DNA of 32,000 nt, taken from contig NC_014825.1 of NCBI RefSeq assembly GCF_000179635.2, forward strand, positions 120,001-152,000. Reading direction: 5' to 3'. The notes under the pieces were generated by a model that did not search any database, was not told the DNA's origin, and was given only the letters and a program-made list of their open reading frames with translations. Below are positions 29,701 through 32,000 of this stretch, in pieces. The DNA is from Ruminococcus albus 7 = DSM 20455. Its GTDB lineage: Bacteria; Bacillota; Clostridia; Oscillospirales; Ruminococcaceae. The position numbers and the translations under genes were made by a program. Position 1 is the first letter of the stretch. Every line of letters begins with the position of its first letter.

Positions 29701-32000
29701 AGTTCATCAGGTTCTAACAATGGATTTGACCTTAGTACAGGTAACACTGTAACAAACACAGGAAGTACTTTAACTGTTTATGATGAATTGGTTGCATACA
29801 GCGCTTCGGTTGATGATAGTGGGAATTCTAATGTGCTGAACAACGGTAATGGAGTTGTATCTATTCATACTGCTAGCGGAACTGTAGTTGGTGGTAAATA
29901 TTCAAATCAGATAACTTCTCCGAACAGTTTAAACAATAATAAATTCACAAGATATTATTATGATTTAGATGTTATTCGTGCAGCTGTTACATCGGGTTCA
30001 TACCCATCAGGCAGTACAACGGCTGAACAGAACGCATATAAACTGATGATGTGGAATCTTAAACAGTATGCCAGTTCCGGTATTCAGTCATATTTTACGT
30101 CTTCAAATAATGCAACAGAGCCCCTGACAGGTGATTTTGATTTATCAAAAGTATCTTATTATCCAATTAATAGAGCATCATCTGATGTTAGTATAGGTGC
30201 GGCTAGTTTTACTTTCAATAATAAGAATATAGAAGATTCTGTTGTTGCAGGAACTACCTACCGCTCAACAGTTAGTAATAATTCCCAGCATTATTTGATG
30301 CATTCCGGATTATTTAATAATGTTACTAGTAATTTAAGTATAGGTGATAATATCACATTGTCTGGTAGTATTGGTAAACATGAAAATGGGTCAGGTGCTA
30401 TAGTTACCGGCACTTTAGGCGGACTTACGGAAGGAACAACTTCGTTTTCCAATACAACAGGAAAGCTAATAACCTTAAACGGATTAACTGTCAATGCTGC
30501 TGATAACTATACTCCTGAAGGGGAATCGAGTGCGGTTACTACTTATAAACCGGTTCTGATAAACAGAATCAATAATCACGTTTCATTATCTCTTAATGGA
30601 GTAAAAACAGCTGCTAATAGCTATGTTGCTACTGGCGGCGGTGTTAATACTGCGGGTTCAAGTTTGATAGGAACGGTTGGTACAAGAGATGGAGATAATA
30701 AAGCCACCTCAGATTCAATCAGTTTAACATTTAATGATATAAGACTTGATGCGAGAACAGATTCAAACAAGAGTGTGGAGGCATTATCGGGTCTTTCAAC
30801 AGCCTATGGAACTACTCAAGGTGTATTTACAAGAGCTACTCTTTTAGAAGAGTTTATCTTTAATAACAATAGCGACTGTAAAGGAGTGTATAATTATAGA
30901 CTTTCCGAGGACTGGAATAGTTCCACAAAAGCAGCCATTCATAATGTAACTTACGGTTATGAAATAACCGGAACAAGTGAATTTGTAGGTATGCAGGATC
31001 ACTATGTAGACTTGCTGGGAAAGACTGACCCAACATCGTATGATAATACACAAGATGAAACAGAATATAGTTTTGCTGACTTTCTTCCTTATGTAGCTGT
31101 TCGAAATTATTCTGAGGCAAGTGATACACAGCGTTCAAGAGAAATAATGGTCAATCACACCAATGTTAGTATTACTGACGGCTGTGGCACGTATAATGAT
31201 CCTTATATAATTGATACTAATGGTCAGATAGAAGTTATTGCAAAGATTTTGGAACAAGGCGAAGTTAGTGATGGTTTTACTATCAATGTTCCTAATATTA
31301 CTGCTGTTTCGGGCACCAATTTCACTTATGAAACTTGGCATACCAACGATCACATTCTCTTAACGTTCAATAACGGCACCTATAAAGCGAGTACTGCAAC
31401 ATATAATCATACTACGGCACAGCTTGCAAAGTATCTTGCTGGTGCATATTATAAGATCACCAAGGTTGAAAAAGAGGGTGAAGATGATACTGTAACTTAT
31501 GAGAGTATTACAATAAGCAGCGCTTCGTTTAATGGTCTTGGCGGTACCTCTAATGAGTATGCTTTTCATGGCGTAATAGTAGGAGATACTGATACTGCAA
31601 CATATCCTCTTGTCAATAATACCGGTTCTCCGCTTATCAAAACAAGCCATGGTAGTGTTGTGAAAGATTTGAATATTAATGTCAGAAATGAGAATATCTC
31701 TAGAACACAGGAAAACAATACTCAGAAATTCGTAATTAGTGGTGGCTGCTCTAACTACGGAGCTGTTATCGGTCAGATTCTTGGTGGAGATAATATCATA
31801 GATAATGTTGCTGTAGATTTTACAGATTCAACCATTAAAGTTGAAGGTTCATCTGCAAATGTTATTCCGGTAGGCGGATATGTTGGTGTTGTAGCCAGCG
31901 GTGCCCTGATTTTCAGAGGAATGAACGGTAAAAACCATGCCGGACTTACAACAGGCATTGTTAAGGACGGTACAACAAGTATAGCTATGGATAGCACTGA
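26704..32000 (+). CDS. Giant secreted repeat protein (5' part; at least 1765 codons, runs off the window) with GLUG-like GG[LMFV][IVL]G repeats; putative surface adhesin/fibre
   Basis: It is not in the supplied ORF track. AAGGAAGG lies 9 nt before the ATG at 26704. I read every codon of this frame to 32000 and found no stop. The signal peptide is MKNKSNNKRRSNLFKRVVCLVLSAAILI...VVYA-EE. The repeats include AGGLIGE, AGGLVGK, AGGLFGV, YGGLIGL, CAGLVGK, SGLVGT, LGGFVGQ, IGGMIGE, CGGMIGV, AGGVLGY and VGGYVGV. A GCGTYNDPYIIDT module start lies near 31180. Confidence 0.9.
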   Translation, partial: MKNKSNNKRRSNLFKRVVCLVLSAAILISDSYILTVLDDIGINLLPVVYAEETRNISTISELVQYSKEYDASHAKDTLNISIASNGVGTYQTSDTQYSYDEFISIGNSSSNAFEGTVNITVLASSYFNFSKPLFGYIKDSAQVTVSGGSSSGYLELRRPMTSNLMPIFAENVIHDTDTTKYDPADESQYTNWRIRINYFHEEGEASVVTNFPSVIGRIDDNSKLSLDILNDAQYTNNGEEYKADIQATASGVNAGLICGTLGENAEIKVSVGGSNTNFSVTSASGNAGGLIGEMESGSRVILDGSNITGGSNRTITASNGYAGGLVGKATNASIVFDNGFNVNEHINGKNGAGSIAGYYISGSGTTFDLDKAQISCTVTSANAGGLFGVLETSGDFSLAGAKDAETGDDSYSISTTVANQPQNAVYGGLIGLYKTSALVNTLTIGEIALTTNGTGNCAGLVGKIDDSNPAYITVNGSSVTNNIKSSFCGVVNNAGNAGHFLDIGDFTLSGSSHSGLVGTMNCGVIRLTGTTDLSGTTSSDAQLVNKRGNTLIYGVGDGSTSGWLFKRGTAAAVDDIGNWGEVVRVASDGSGDVFEFDSSAHTVTVASSTTSISTPAQFIATAVNMQINQGDRGALQFAQDSNDDTKTVSDTLLSSLTTISISGTINLAGTGVMGLMRDDGKKTTFSGNTATETDVAFSGTINGGGIVNLAIGEPYGIRGTSALTTNGDGNGRLHGHAKVGLLSVSDDATISSLTIGGTIDTKASIEMYLGGFVGQSKGDLSLTSVTNTIRIDGSFSSDKSQYIGGMIGEVEGNGSVISISGSNKSVISLNGHKTTYASNGIGFVEDNTVTVSFSDYTLGNTSSTSSASLSNTSGADYARCGGMIGVINGSTKNKTVNFNDVSISYYDLNLTASECAGGVLGYKWDNTEVNIGNTGTTGIVVSYGDVDQTAVSAAGLVHTATGHWAVSKLKINNTDFGLINTTNYGVLVNKGDGLFMEIKSSSGSNNGFDLSTGNTVTNTGSTLTVYDELVAYSASVDDSGNSNVLNNGNGVVSIHTASGTVVGGKYSNQITSPNSLNNNKFTRYYYDLDVIRAAVTSGSYPSGSTTAEQNAYKLMMWNLKQYASSGIQSYFTSSNNATEPLTGDFDLSKVSYYPINRASSDVSIGAASFTFNNKNIEDSVVAGTTYRSTVSNNSQHYLMHSGLFNNVTSNLSIGDNITLSGSIGKHENGSGAIVTGTLGGLTEGTTSFSNTTGKLITLNGLTVNAADNYTPEGESSAVTTYKPVLINRINNHVSLSLNGVKTAANSYVATGGGVNTAGSSLIGTVGTRDGDNKATSDSISLTFNDIRLDARTDSNKSVEALSGLSTAYGTTQGVFTRATLLEEFIFNNNSDCKGVYNYRLSEDWNSSTKAAIHNVTYGYEITGTSEFVGMQDHYVDLLGKTDPTSYDNTQDETEYSFADFLPYVAVRNYSEASDTQRSREIMVNHTNVSITDGCGTYNDPYIIDTNGQIEVIAKILEQGEVSDGFTINVPNITAVSGTNFTYETWHTNDHILLTFNNGTYKASTATYNHTTAQLAKYLAGAYYKITKVEKEGEDDTVTYESITISSASFNGLGGTSNEYAFHGVIVGDTDTATYPLVNNTGSPLIKTSHGSVVKDLNINVRNENISRTQENNTQKFVISGGCSNYGAVIGQILGGDNIIDNVAVDFTDSTIKVEGSSANVIPVGGYVGVVASGALIFRGMNGKNHAGLTTGIVKDGTTSIAMDST

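Overview
The window looks like a Gram-positive, Clostridia-type genome (taxon is a guess from gene families) and is almost entirely mobile DNA, in three blocks. No rRNA, tRNA or CRISPR array was seen.

(1) 1 to ~6950: an IS graveyard.
- The 3' part of an IS21-family element is present: istA tail, istB and a translationally coupled 65-aa ORF.
- It is split by an IS66-family element (127-3955, 8-bp TSD ACAAAGAG).
- That IS66 itself carries a 1.27-kb internally deleted IS21-type element (1973-3241, 5-bp TSD CCCTT).
- The outer IS21 is also hit by an IS3-family element (5043-6857, 3-bp TSD GTT).
- A 5'-truncated hexapeptide-repeat transferase remnant follows.

(2) ~7300 to 19200: a block that looks like an integrative mobilizable element.
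- Genes: MobC plus relaxase, a CHC2 zinc-finger protein, a short-arm HU-like protein, a DUF4314-like protein, an NYN-domain protein and a Lys/Ala-rich protein.
- A terminal module holds three serine-recombinase-family genes; the middle one lacks the catalytic domain.
- A ~100-nt promoter-to-terminator unit looks like an sRNA.

(3) 19350 to 32000: a visibly more AT-rich island.
- An intact Tn916-type tyrosine integrase is divergent from two tandem integrase paralogues whose catalytic residues are substituted.
- Four co-directional genes follow, encoding N-terminally anchored or secreted proteins. Two are clear paralogues, and one has a TasA/camelysin-like N-terminus.
- A giant ORF runs from 26704 past 32000 (at least 1765 codons, no stop in the window). 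It is absent from the supplied ORF track. It has a signal peptide and a dozen or more GLUG-like GG[LMFV][IVL]G repeats.

Block 3 is my best candidate for an undescribed system: recombinase-derived factors plus a surface fibre/adhesin operon.
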